DNA of 64,000 nt from Candidatus Poribacteria bacterium. GTDB taxonomy: Bacteria; Poribacteria; WGA-4E; PCPOR2b. Of this stretch, positions 49,915-60,398 are shown piece after piece (the stretch's first letter is position 1; each line of letters starts with the position of its first letter). The position numbers were made by a program, and so were the translations under genes. A model generated the notes under the pieces. The model ran no database searches and was not told the DNA's origin. It saw only the letters and a list, made by a program, of their open reading frames with translations. The stretch is from contig OZ244587.1 in the NCBI GenBank assembly GCA_965218095.1, forward strand, positions 2,400,001-2,464,000. The letters run 5' to 3'.

Positions 49915-50730
49915 ATGAGCCAAACTTCAGGAAATGGAAACTATTTAGCCAATCAGATTGTCGGCGAAGAACAGATTCAGCAATGGGTTGACCAATTCTA
50001 CCGCGATGGCTTTCTGTTCCTGCAAGATGTGTTGCCGCCAGATTGGTGCACCCAAATGCACGAAGACCTGGATTGGGCATTGAAGGAAAATCCCAACGGT
50101 CTCAACAGTGTGAGTGAACGCACTGCACTCGCTCACCGGATGTTTGAAACCAGCGAAACGAATCTCAAGTTGTTTAATCTAGAGCCAATTGTCAGCTTCG
50201 CCGAAGCCCTTGTCGCCCCGAATTGTCATGTCATCCATAATAACTCCTTCCAGAGCCCACCGGGCGGCGGCATTACGGGATGGCATCAGGACGACGCCCC
50301 GCACTATACCATCACACACGGTGAGCCTCCTAAGAATATTCGCTTGTCGGTACTGTTTTTCACGGCAAACTACTATCTGACAGATGTCACCGAAATCAAG
50401 TATGGCGGCACAGAGGTGATTCCCGGCTCCCATCTGTTCGGAACCAGTCCACCGCCCGAGATGGAAGGAACCGAGTGGGAAGATAAGATTCATTACAACT
50501 TGGGGAAAGCCGGAAGCGTCATCATGTTCAACAATCAGGTGTGGCATCATGGGGGATTTAACCGAAGCAACCGGACACGCTATATTACACAGATTACCTA
50601 TGCCCGCCGCATGATTGGACACAAATACTATCCATTTATGAATTACACGATGCCTGAGCATATCTACAAAGATGCTAACCCAAAGTTACGCCGATTGCTC
50701 GGCTTCCTTGAACATGGGGCGTATGGTTAA
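49915..50730 (+). CDS. Phytanoyl-CoA dioxygenase (PhyH) family protein
   Basis: FYRDGF, WHQD, GGTEVIPGSH and WHHGG.N.S..R motifs. Confidence 0.9.
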   Translation: MSQTSGNGNYLANQIVGEEQIQQWVDQFYRDGFLFLQDVLPPDWCTQMHEDLDWALKENPNGLNSVSERTALAHRMFETSETNLKLFNLEPIVSFAEALVAPNCHVIHNNSFQSPPGGGITGWHQDDAPHYTITHGEPPKNIRLSVLFFTANYYLTDVTEIKYGGTEVIPGSHLFGTSPPPEMEGTEWEDKIHYNLGKAGSVIMFNNQVWHHGGFNRSNRTRYITQITYARRMIGHKYYPFMNYTMPEHIYKDANPKLRRLLGFLEHGAYG

Positions 50731-51066
50731 TCGCAATAAAAAAATATAGGAGTAAATATCGTGGTTGATTTCACCCGCCTTATTGGAATTGCCAATGACG
50801 CCTTTGCTCTAAAAATAAAAATCCCCTCTATAAACAGGTATTATCGTGTTTTCCCAGACGTTATTATGAACACCGGTGGAGAAATCCTATCTTCAAATCT
50901 GTTTTTGACAATAGAGATTAGGTTCTGCTACGTTTTTGGCGAGTTGTCCTCTCTATTACCTGGACCCACCCATAATCTCAGAGGATTCAAGATTTCATGA
51001 GAAAATAAAAACCTTCGACAAGTTTATTCTTCATGACGTTTGGAATTGTTAAGGCGAAGAAGTTCC

Positions 51067-52101
51067 ATGAAAGCAATCGTTTTCCACGAACAGGGCGGAA
51101 TCGACAAACTCCGCTACGAGGAAGTTCCCGTTCCCGTCATTGAGCCATCAGAAGTTCTGGTCAAAGTCAAAGCGTGCGCGGTAAACCACCTCGACATCCG
51201 CGCCCGACGTGACCGACCGGAGGTGCAGCCGTTTCCGCATATTCTCGGATCTGACATCGCCGGCGATGTGGCTGAAGTCGGGTCTGAAGTTCACAACGTT
51301 GCCGTCGGCGATCGGGTTGTACTGTCGCCCTGCATTCCCTGCGGGCGGTGCGCCGATTGTCTCAACGGCGATGAAAATCTATGCGACTTTCAGGAAATTC
51401 TGGGCTTTCAGACCAATGGCGGCTATGCGGAATACGTCAAAGTCCCTGCCCAAAACGTGATTCCAATATCATCGAATCTTTCATACCATGACGCGGCAGC
51501 CCTCCCGATCGCCTATCTCACTGCGTGGCACATGCTTGTGACGCGGGCGCAGATTCACCCCGGCGATGATGTGCTCATTCTATCCGCCGGCAGCGGCGTT
51601 GGCAGCGCGGGTTTACAAATTGCCAAACTGTGCGGTGCGCGAGTTTTCGCAACGGCGAGTACCGAGAAGAAACTTGAACGTGCCCGTCAGATGGGCGCAG
51701 ATTTCGCGATTAACTACACCCAAGTAGATTTTAGCAAAGCCATCCACGAGGAAACGAGAGAGCGAGGGGTTGACATCGTATTCGAGCATGTTGGGGCAGC
51801 GACATGGGAGCAGAGCGTGGCAAGCCTCGCAAAAAAAGGACGACTTGTCGCGTGCGGGGTCACAACGGGAAATATCGGACAGATCAATATCCGCCAGATG
51901 TATCAGAAGCAGTTGACGCTCATGGGTTCGGCGTTGGGCAATACGTCAGAACTTCGCACAATTATTCGCCTCGCCGAGCAGGGGAAGTTGACGCCAATCA
52001 TCGATCGGCTGTTGCCGTTGCAGAAGGCGGCAGAGGCGCACCGGATTGTCGAAGCACGGGAGAATTTCGGTAAGATGTGTCTTCAGCCAGATAATCAATG
52101 A
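51067..52101 (+). CDS. Zinc-binding dehydrogenase / quinone oxidoreductase
   Basis: NHLD, CGRCADC...C, AGSGVG and FEHVG motifs. Confidence 0.92.
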   Translation: MKAIVFHEQGGIDKLRYEEVPVPVIEPSEVLVKVKACAVNHLDIRARRDRPEVQPFPHILGSDIAGDVAEVGSEVHNVAVGDRVVLSPCIPCGRCADCLNGDENLCDFQEILGFQTNGGYAEYVKVPAQNVIPISSNLSYHDAAALPIAYLTAWHMLVTRAQIHPGDDVLILSAGSGVGSAGLQIAKLCGARVFATASTEKKLERARQMGADFAINYTQVDFSKAIHEETRERGVDIVFEHVGAATWEQSVASLAKKGRLVACGVTTGNIGQINIRQMYQKQLTLMGSALGNTSELRTIIRLAEQGKLTPIIDRLLPLQKAAEAHRIVEARENFGKMCLQPDNQ

Positions 52102-52234
52102 AAAACCTTTGATTTTCCTTTTCGCAGTGCGCTATAATGGGGAATCAAACCTTCGGTCGGTTTTGAACCTTCCGAAAGTTGGGTTGTTGGAATGCCCACT
52201 ATCACTATCATTCCTATAATGAAAGGCATAACAG

Positions 52235-53317
52235 ATGAAAAGTACACCACTCTATGAAACCCATCACGCACTTGGAGCGACGTTTGCCGAGATTCACGAA
52301 GGCTGGGAGCTCGTTGCCCACTTCACCGCCCCCCAAGGGGAGCATCATGCGGTAAGACAGGGGGTCGGGATTTTGGATCTCTCGCATCGCGGCAGGCTCC
52401 GTATCATAGGGGGCGATCGCGCCAAATATCTCCACCGAATCATCTCCAACGAGGTGGAAGGACTCAACGTCGGTGAAGGGAATTACGCAACTATTCTGAC
52501 GAATCGCGGGAAGATTATCACCGACATGAAGGTATACGTCTTCGAGGATGCCATCGGGGTTGAGACCAACACGGAGACGACAGAGATTCTCTGCCAGGAA
52601 CTCGACAAATACCTGATTGCCGACGATGTGACCATTGAAGATATTACAGATGGGAGCGGGGCAATCGGCATACACGGCCCAAAATCCGCGGAACTCATTC
52701 AGAACGCCTTCGGGCTTGATGTCGGTCAGTTCCCTGAATACCACACCGTCCTCCATAAAATAGACAACTGCTGGGTTGCCTGTATCCGTGCAAACGAAAC
52801 CGGCGAAGTTGGCTATAATCTCTACACAGAATCTGCGTCGATAGAATGGCTGTGGAATACGCTACTGACAAAGGGGTGGGATCTGGGGGCGCAACCTGTG
52901 GGGCTGACTGCCTTGAACTCACTCCGAATCGAGGCAGGCATTCCTCGGTATGGCGCAGAATTGGACGATTCGATCATTCCACTTGAGGCAGAATTAGAAC
53001 ATGCCGTCAGCTTTGAGAAGGGGTGCTATATCGGTCAGGAGATTGTTGCACGCATGAAGTATCGCGGTCACCCAAATCGGGTGCTGCGTGGATTAGAGAT
53101 TGACCACGATACGCCACCACAGCAGGGGGATGCGATTTTCAATGGCGAAAAGAAGGTCGGTTGGATTACCAGCGCGATCAATTCCCTAACGATTGAGAAA
53201 ACGATTGCGATGGGATATGTCCGGACCGCCTTTACCGATGAAGGCAGCAAAGTCGAAGTCGAAACCGCAAGCGGTCGAGTGAAAGCGATGGTCATGCTTC
53301 TGCCGTTTTATATCTGA
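52235..53317 (+). CDS. GcvT-like folate-binding aminomethyltransferase (YgfZ-type)
   Basis: DLSHRG, LRIEAG and the KGCYIGQEIVAR YgfZ signature. Confidence 0.88.
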   Translation: MKSTPLYETHHALGATFAEIHEGWELVAHFTAPQGEHHAVRQGVGILDLSHRGRLRIIGGDRAKYLHRIISNEVEGLNVGEGNYATILTNRGKIITDMKVYVFEDAIGVETNTETTEILCQELDKYLIADDVTIEDITDGSGAIGIHGPKSAELIQNAFGLDVGQFPEYHTVLHKIDNCWVACIRANETGEVGYNLYTESASIEWLWNTLLTKGWDLGAQPVGLTALNSLRIEAGIPRYGAELDDSIIPLEAELEHAVSFEKGCYIGQEIVARMKYRGHPNRVLRGLEIDHDTPPQQGDAIFNGEKKVGWITSAINSLTIEKTIAMGYVRTAFTDEGSKVEVETASGRVKAMVMLLPFYI

Positions 53318-53376
53318 CCACAACCGTAAAGGAAAGAACAATAAGAGACCTTTCCCAGATTCGGCTTAACAGACCA

Positions 53377-55155
53377 CTATTCTTGATTATGGCTTCCTTT
53401 AGGTAATTCCGGCTCGACATACAACGTCTTCTGGTGGGTATAGTGCACAAATCCTGCGGCACCGCCCTTTGGTTTGACAACATATCGAACCCACGTATAA
53501 TCGACCGGGACGTAGCTTGCATGCCGTGCCTTGCTGAAGAACGCCGCAATTTGGGCAGCTTGCAGCAACGTTGGCATCGGTATACCGGGCTTATTTTCGG
53601 GATTGCGGATGATGATGTGCGATCCGTGAATCTGCTTCGCGTGAAGCCACATATCTCGTCCAGAAGCGATCTGGCGAAGCAGCAGATCATTTTCCTTACT
53701 GTTGCGCCCCACGTAAATCTGAAGTCCATCGGGCGAAGTGTATTTCCGAAATGCACCCTCAGATTCTCTCTGCTTCTGCTGCAGTTTGCCTTCCTTTATC
53801 CACCCTTTTTTGACAAACTCCGATCGAATCAAGTCGAGTGCCTTCAACCCCTTTGCCGCCTCAACTTCCAGAGCATAAGAACCCAACACCTCCAACTCCG
53901 CTTCATTATCAGCAATCAACTGATGAATAATCGAACGCCCGCGTTTTGCCTTGTTGTACTTCTTAAAGTATTGTTGAGCGTTCTCCGAAGGACTGACTTG
54001 CGGGTTAAGTTCGATGGGCAGCGAGCACAGATCGGGGCTGTAGTAGTTCTGCACCTCAATAACCGTTTGTCCCCGCTCGACACGGTGTAGATTCGCCGTG
54101 AGGAGTTCCCCTTTTATTCGATAATCTCCAGCCTTTTCCGCATCCACCAATTCCTGCCGTAGCAAGACCAGTTTCCGATTGAGCGCCGCACCCATTTTGT
54201 CCAAAACCTGATTCAACGCATGCCGTTCCGATTGCATCGCCTCATCACGAACAATCACGTCATAGTAGGCGCATAAGGCTTCGCCCATCGTTTCAAAGAA
54301 CCGGCTCTCGGCCTGCGGAAATTGATATAGTTTTAACGCAGCTACAGCGACGACTTTATCTTCCCTGCTCAAGGGAGCCCCGATTGCCGATTGGGACTGT
54401 TTGACTGAATCGACAGCCTCAATGAGCACCTGTGGCTGACTGTGAGGCGGATGGAAGTGTGCCACGACCTGTTGATATGCCTCCCAGAGTCGATCCGGGG
54501 CTAGGCGCTCACCGGCACGGACGATAATCTCTTTGGCGAGTGTCGGGCTTAAACCATCGATCTGGTTAAACAGAAATCGCCAGCCAATTTCCGTCCGGTT
54601 TTCAACAAGCGAAATGAAAAAGGCATGTTCTAATTTGAGCGGGTGCAATTTATCCTGCTGCGGCGGGGGCGTGTAGGTCACGCCCGGCAATACCTCACGA
54701 TACCGGCTCATCGTTTCGTCAATATGCTTGATGCTTTCAAGGATTTTGCCGTTACCCTCATCGATCAGAATGATGTTGCTATGCTTGCCCATAAATTCCG
54801 CGATGATCGATTTGGGTGACGCTTCGATAACCTCAGTTTTGGGCGCGATGGAAAGCTTCAACACCCGATCCCAGCCAACCTGCTCTACCGCCGCGATCTT
54901 ACCGCGCATGATGTGCTTCATCAAGAAATCCGCGAAATGAGATTTTGCTTGTCCTTTTGGCGGGCGTTTAATCAGGAGCACGCGAGCATGGACAGAATGC
55001 GTCGAAATGAGTAAGTAGTAGGTTTCGGTTGTCTGGGAAATTCTTAGGACAATGCTATGGGAATTTAACTGTTCGATATGGCGAATTGTCCCGTTGAGGA
55101 TGGTATCATGAAGTTCATGAGTGACAAGATGCAACGCCAAGCTATCGAATGACAT
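53377..55155 (-). CDS. rqcH: Ribosome quality-control NFACT protein (RqcH/FbpA)
   Basis: MSFD, DRV, EFMGKHSNIIL, NAQQYFKKYNK, VGRN..END and VPVDYT motifs. Confidence 0.9.
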   Translation of the reverse strand: MSFDSLALHLVTHELHDTILNGTIRHIEQLNSHSIVLRISQTTETYYLLISTHSVHARVLLIKRPPKGQAKSHFADFLMKHIMRGKIAAVEQVGWDRVLKLSIAPKTEVIEASPKSIIAEFMGKHSNIILIDEGNGKILESIKHIDETMSRYREVLPGVTYTPPPQQDKLHPLKLEHAFFISLVENRTEIGWRFLFNQIDGLSPTLAKEIIVRAGERLAPDRLWEAYQQVVAHFHPPHSQPQVLIEAVDSVKQSQSAIGAPLSREDKVVAVAALKLYQFPQAESRFFETMGEALCAYYDVIVRDEAMQSERHALNQVLDKMGAALNRKLVLLRQELVDAEKAGDYRIKGELLTANLHRVERGQTVIEVQNYYSPDLCSLPIELNPQVSPSENAQQYFKKYNKAKRGRSIIHQLIADNEAELEVLGSYALEVEAAKGLKALDLIRSEFVKKGWIKEGKLQQKQRESEGAFRKYTSPDGLQIYVGRNSKENDLLLRQIASGRDMWLHAKQIHGSHIIIRNPENKPGIPMPTLLQAAQIAAFFSKARHASYVPVDYTWVRYVVKPKGGAAGFVHYTHQKTLYVEPELPKGSHNQE

Positions 55156-55293
55156 GGGGAAGACCTCATAGAAGTGATGTATGATGCACCATACTGATAC
55201 ATGATGCGTAAATAAATCTGACTTGTGCTAGCTTTCAGAAGGTTTGGGTCGATTGTCAGGGAAGAAAGCCTTGCACAGACTTAAATGAACCAC

Positions 55294-56307
55294 TTAACCC
55301 AATTTACCAGTCGTGCGTCCCAGCACCGGATACAGTGGATCGTTATAGCCCCTACCTGTGTGCTCACCGGGTGGTATCAGGAGATCGATTGCCGCCTCGT
55401 TCTCTGGACTCAACGTACAATCGAGGCAGCCGAGATTGTCTTCGAGCTGCTCTAAATTTCGAGGACCAATAATCACAGAAGTAATGAGTGGATTCGCAAG
55501 CGCCCAGGCTAAGGCGAATTGTGCCAGCGTTTTACCGTGTGCTTCTGCCAGCGGTTTGAGCTTTTGTGCCACTTCAAAACTCTCTTCACGGAGTTCAGTT
55601 TGTTGTATCCGAATATCCTGACGATCTGCCCGTGAGCCGGGGGGCAGCGGTTGTCCGGGAAGATACCTGCCTGCTAGTACACCACGTGCCAGAGGGCTGT
55701 AGGACACGACACCTAAGCCGTACGCCTTGCAAAACGGCAACAATTCAACTTCAATATTTCGATTGACAATGTTGTACAGTGGTTGCACACAGACAAATTT
55801 TCCCAAATTCATGCGATCACTCGTCCATAGGGCTTCGCAAACCCGCCACGCATCAAAGTTTGAGCAACCGACATAACGCACTTTGCCCTGTCTGACGCAA
55901 TCATCCAGAACACGAAGTGATTCCTCAATTGGGGTAATTGCATCCCAACGATGGAGGTAGTATAGATCGATGCGGTCCGTATCAAGCCGCCTGAGGCTTT
56001 CCTCAACCTGCGTCATAATGTGATAACGACTTGCACCAGACTGATTGAGGCCTTCCCCCACCGATCCAGATACCTTTGTTGCAATAATCACTTCATCACG
56101 AACGGACCGGATTGCTTTGCCAACGATCCGCTCGGATTCCCCATCATTGTAGACGTTCGCTGTATCAATGAAATTGATGCCAGCATCGAGCGCGTCTCGG
56201 ATAATCATGGTCGAATAGTGCTCGTTCGCTACGTCGCCAAACATCATTGCGCCGAGGCAGATTTGCGAGATTTTGATTCCAGAACTCCCAAGAACTCTGT
56301 ACTCCAT
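55294..56307 (-). CDS. Aldo/keto reductase
   Basis: GINFIDTANVY, SLRRLDTDRIDLYYLH and YSPLARG motifs. Confidence 0.95.
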   Translation of the reverse strand: MEYRVLGSSGIKISQICLGAMMFGDVANEHYSTMIIRDALDAGINFIDTANVYNDGESERIVGKAIRSVRDEVIIATKVSGSVGEGLNQSGASRYHIMTQVEESLRRLDTDRIDLYYLHRWDAITPIEESLRVLDDCVRQGKVRYVGCSNFDAWRVCEALWTSDRMNLGKFVCVQPLYNIVNRNIEVELLPFCKAYGLGVVSYSPLARGVLAGRYLPGQPLPPGSRADRQDIRIQQTELREESFEVAQKLKPLAEAHGKTLAQFALAWALANPLITSVIIGPRNLEQLEDNLGCLDCTLSPENEAAIDLLIPPGEHTGRGYNDPLYPVLGRTTGKLG

Positions 56308-56653
56308 TGGCTGATACTCCTCCCTTGAGCAAAATTAAAGTCCTGCAGGTCAGATCTCTTGCTGGGGATCTGACGATTTCTTTCTACACCTTGCCCATTT
56401 TAGCACACAGGCAGGTTGGGTACAAGGGAAAAGAGGGAAAGAATGGAAGGAAAGGAAGAAATATCCAGATTTCCGAAAACGTTGGGTAAGCATAGAAAGT
56501 CAGGCGCGCAGAGTGGGGCTTTTTTGTTGCGGCTGTAGAACCACAAATTTCGCAGGATAGCGCGAATCAGATTTTCTTTGATCCATGTCATCCTACCAGA
56601 TCCGCGGGTTTGTACAGTTTGAAGCAAAAGCAAAAACCAGATGGCAATACACA

Positions 56654-57601
56654 TCACGTGTTAATGCGCTTCGTCACAGATTGCGTTGGGCCTCCCCACC
56701 CGGAAACTGCCACTGTCCACCGCCCGGCAGGACCACCTGCGACAATGCAGATTACATCCTTCGGCTCTCGTTTGGCATGTTTGTGGAGATACTGCTGCAC
56801 GTCGCTCTTGCTGAAACCGTCACTGCCAATTGTCCTTGCATGCTCTGGGCTGAATACCAAAACGATCTCACTGAGAGTTCCTCCCCCGGATGTCGAGATG
56901 TTACGACAGATCGTGTCGAGGATGCCCACTGCCGTGTTGCTGTTATGGTCATTAATGTTTTGCGGGGAAGAACCTGCGTAGACCGTCACCGTGCTTTCAG
57001 AAGACTGGAATCCGCGTTCAACGTGCAGAGTTTCCCACGGACTCACTTCCTCGTTTTCAGCGATGCAGAATGTGTACTTGCCGGCATGCCCAAAAGTGGC
57101 GCGATCCAATTCGCCGGGTAGCGCACTGCCGATATTCGTACAGATTAGACGCACCGCCCGCCCGATTGTCCCGTTTGCCCGCCAGCCTTGCCCAAATATG
57201 TTGAAACCATCATTGATATCCAACTGTTTTCGGATGGGGCCGTTGATAATCAGCAGCGGTGAGACGTCGCTAGTTGTCACCTGAATGCCGTGCAGGTTGA
57301 ACGCCTCCTCGGTGATTGCTTCGACTGCCGCTATCACAACCGGCAGGTATTCCGGCTTGCAACCTGCCATGACGGCGTTGATCGCGATTCTTTCGATCGT
57401 TGCTTGTCCCCACTTGGGTGGAATTGATGCAACCAATTCGTCTAGCTTTCGTTGCGTGCCGGCCAGCATTTCTTCTACCCGATCGGGAGTCGGCGGAACA
57501 ACCGGTAAGCCATCTGTCCAGCCGTTTTGGTAGCAAAGTTCAATCAGGTCCGCTTCCTCGCTCACTTCAATTTTATTCGACTGCCACTGGATTTGTGTCA
57601 T
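56654..57601 (-). CDS. Conserved hypothetical protein (DGLPVVPPT family)
   Basis: GWTDGLPVVPPT, AVMAGC.P.Y and RANGTIGRA motifs. Confidence 0.75.
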   Translation of the reverse strand: MTQIQWQSNKIEVSEEADLIELCYQNGWTDGLPVVPPTPDRVEEMLAGTQRKLDELVASIPPKWGQATIERIAINAVMAGCKPEYLPVVIAAVEAITEEAFNLHGIQVTTSDVSPLLIINGPIRKQLDINDGFNIFGQGWRANGTIGRAVRLICTNIGSALPGELDRATFGHAGKYTFCIAENEEVSPWETLHVERGFQSSESTVTVYAGSSPQNINDHNSNTAVGILDTICRNISTSGGGTLSEIVLVFSPEHARTIGSDGFSKSDVQQYLHKHAKREPKDVICIVAGGPAGRWTVAVSGWGGPTQSVTKRINT

Positions 57602-57699
57602 TGTAATTTTCCTTCCAATTTCCGAATTTTTGTGATATGATGCGTAAAATGTAAGAAGTTCCTCTTTACGTTTTACGCAATACGAAAGGAGGCCTGTTC

Positions 57700-59181
57700 A
57701 TGCGTATCGCAGCGGGCTGCATTGGGCATGAAACAAACACATTTTCGTCCGTACCCACCTCGATTAACAGCTTCAAGGGAGGTACGTACTATGTCGGCGA
57801 AGAGATGATTTCAGCATTCAGACAGACGAGTACCATCATGGGTGGGTTTATTGAGAGCACCGAGAAGTTGGGAGTTCAGATAGTTCCGCTTTTATGGACA
57901 TTTGCGACGCCTTCCGGCACGGTTGAGCAGAGGGTGTATAATACACTTAAAGAAGAATTCCTCGATCTCTTACGAGGGGCTGGGCAGATCGACGGGGTTT
58001 TCGTGGATCTGCATGGAGCAATGGTGACGGAGGGGCTCGAAGATGCTGAAGGCAATTTGATTCGCGCCATCCGTGAAGTTGTCGGTTCGCTCCCAATCAT
58101 CACGACGTTAGATCTCCACGCGAACATCACCGCTGAGATGGCGGAGTACGCTGATGTCATCATCGGGTTCGACACCTATCCGCATGTCGATTGCTATGAT
58201 CGTGGCTTTGAGGCGGCGCAGTTAATGTTTGCCACGGTTGAGGGGAACATCCGTCCGAGGATGGCTTATCGTCAACTGCCGCTGTTGACTTCGCCGCCCG
58301 CACAGTGTACGATGAAACCGCTGATGAGCGAGGTGCTGAAACGCCTTCACGCGCTCGAAACCCGGCGTGGCATCGTGACGGCAACCCTGTCAATGGGATT
58401 CCCTTTTGCGGATATACGCGATGCCGGCGTCTCGGTGCTTGTGACAACCAATAGCAATCAAGAACTCGCTGAACAGCACGCCGACGAGTTTGCGGGATAC
58501 ATCTGGGACATGCGAGAAGCATTTGATCTGAATCTTGTTTCTGTTGAGGAGGCAATCAAACACGCAAATCGGACGGAAGGGCGGCCGATTGTGCTTGCTG
58601 AAGGCTCAGATAATCCCGGTGGCGGCGGCCCCTGCGATGGAACGATCATCCTTCGTGCATTCATCGAAGCGGATGTCCAAAACGCTGTGATCGCGGTGAT
58701 TGCTGACCCAGAGTCTGTGAGTCGCGCGATTCAGACAGGCGTTGGAAACCATGTGGACCTCAACGTCGGTGGGAAAACGATTCCGCTGCACGGTGAGCCG
58801 GTTGCGCTGACGGGCTATGTGAAAACAATCTTTGATGGGACGTTTGTGCATAAGGGACCGATGAGACGCGGAAGAATCGGCGGGATGGGGAGGACGATCG
58901 TCCTCAAGGTCGGCGGCGTCGAAATCATCCTGACGGAAAAGCGCATCCAACCCTATGACGCTGAAGTGCTTCGGAGTGTTGGCATTGAACCCAAAGATCG
59001 GAAACTGATTGCGCTTAAATCCGCCGTCCACTTTCGCGCCGACTACACGCCAATCGCCCACGAAATCCTGGAGGTTGATACGCCCGGCGTGCATAGTCCG
59101 GATCTTTTTAGCTACGATTATCAGAAGTTGCGACGACCGGTTTACCCGCTGGATGCGGATGCTGAATTCCGTGGAACGTGA
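57700..59181 (+). CDS. M81 (MlrC) family metallopeptidase
   Basis: HETNTFS, LHGAM, DLHAN, TYPHVD, DNPGGG and KSAVHFRA motifs. Confidence 0.93.
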   Translation: MRIAAGCIGHETNTFSSVPTSINSFKGGTYYVGEEMISAFRQTSTIMGGFIESTEKLGVQIVPLLWTFATPSGTVEQRVYNTLKEEFLDLLRGAGQIDGVFVDLHGAMVTEGLEDAEGNLIRAIREVVGSLPIITTLDLHANITAEMAEYADVIIGFDTYPHVDCYDRGFEAAQLMFATVEGNIRPRMAYRQLPLLTSPPAQCTMKPLMSEVLKRLHALETRRGIVTATLSMGFPFADIRDAGVSVLVTTNSNQELAEQHADEFAGYIWDMREAFDLNLVSVEEAIKHANRTEGRPIVLAEGSDNPGGGGPCDGTIILRAFIEADVQNAVIAVIADPESVSRAIQTGVGNHVDLNVGGKTIPLHGEPVALTGYVKTIFDGTFVHKGPMRRGRIGGMGRTIVLKVGGVEIILTEKRIQPYDAEVLRSVGIEPKDRKLIALKSAVHFRADYTPIAHEILEVDTPGVHSPDLFSYDYQKLRRPVYPLDADAEFRGT

Positions 59182-59280
59182 TGCGTAAAACGTCATGCCT
59201 TATTTTTCGAGCAGGAAGCACCTATCAGTCATGAGACCAGCAATTTTGCAAAGCTCGCTGTCGTGTATGTAGTCGGATGA

Positions 59281-60360
59281 CTATTTGGGCAGCCACCGGC
59301 GGAAGAATCGGAGCCAGGCGCCGTGAAAAATATTGTCGATGTCTGCGTCACTGTAGCCCCGGTTGGCCAGGATAGTCGCCAGCTTTTGCAAATCGACAGC
59401 TATCTTCAGGTCGCACGGCATGTGGTTTGTGCCGCCCATGTCAGTGCCGATGGCGGCGTGCAGGGTGTTTCCCGCCAATTGGCAGACGTGCTCGATGTGG
59501 TCGACCACCGCCGTCAATTTCAGATTCTCCGGCGTGGACTTGCCGATGACCCATCCGGGTACAAGCATCCAGGCATCTAAAGCCGCGCCAATAACCGCGC
59601 CGCGCTGGATGAGGAGTTTGATTTGTTCGTCGGAGAATTGTCGGTCGCCGGGAACCAGCGCACGACAGTTGTTGTGGCTCGCAATCACTGGGCCACTGAA
59701 GCGGTCGAGCGCCTCGTAGAAACTGGGGTCGGACAGGTGCGTCAGATCGAGAATCATGCCAATCCGCTCGAACTCCTTGAGCAATTCGATTCCCCTGGGC
59801 GTCAGCGGCCCGCTCACGCCGGTGCCAAAGGCATAATGACTTTTGCCGAAGTGCGCCAGCATCACGCTGCGCAGGCCGTCTTCCTACGACTCCTCGGCCT
59901 GCGATGGTTCGACAATCGGGTCGGCGCATTCCATGCAGAGAATAATGCCGATGGGCAATTTGTCGCGACTGCCTTGGCGCCAAATTTGCTAGTGTGCATC
60001 CAGCTCGCTGGATGTGCGGATGAGCTTTACCTCACCCTGTTTCTCAAGAATTCGGTAATAAGCCAACTGCCCCTGGGCCCAGGCGTAAGCCATGCTTTGT
60101 GTGCCATAATCGAGATCCAGCCGACTGTGGCCTGAGGCAGGCTGAACCTCGCGGTTGGTACGAACCGCTACTGAGGACTGGCAAACCGCCACACCTGCGC
60201 CTCGCATCTCCGGGAGGCTATTGGCGGCGCGACCTCGTTCGGCTACGTCAGTCATGCCGGCTTCACGGGCGTTGATCTGGGTAACGGATTCGGTCAGGTC
60301 GCGGTTGTACGCCAGCGCGAATAAGGCCAAATCGGTATGGCCGTCGAAAATGAGTCTCAT
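59281..60360 (-). pseudogene. Membrane dipeptidase (M19) with two in-frame amber stops
   Basis: DGHTD, ME.AD, LDLTHL, SHNNCR and IGTD motifs in one frame. TAG at 59989-59991 and 59884-59886. Confidence 0.85.
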
Positions 60361-60398
60361 GTCGATCCCCTTGCAGCGCAAAATGATGGGCGACTGCT

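Noticed and set aside
56400-57601. Selenoprotein partner next to the DGLPVVPPT-family gene
   Set aside because: No adjacent TGA-interrupted ORF or SECIS-like hairpin was recognisable.
17068-59991. Genome-wide reassignment of TAG
   Set aside because: TAG terminates intact genes here (e.g. 39730, 49787, 59281), and one amber-containing gene is also frameshifted.
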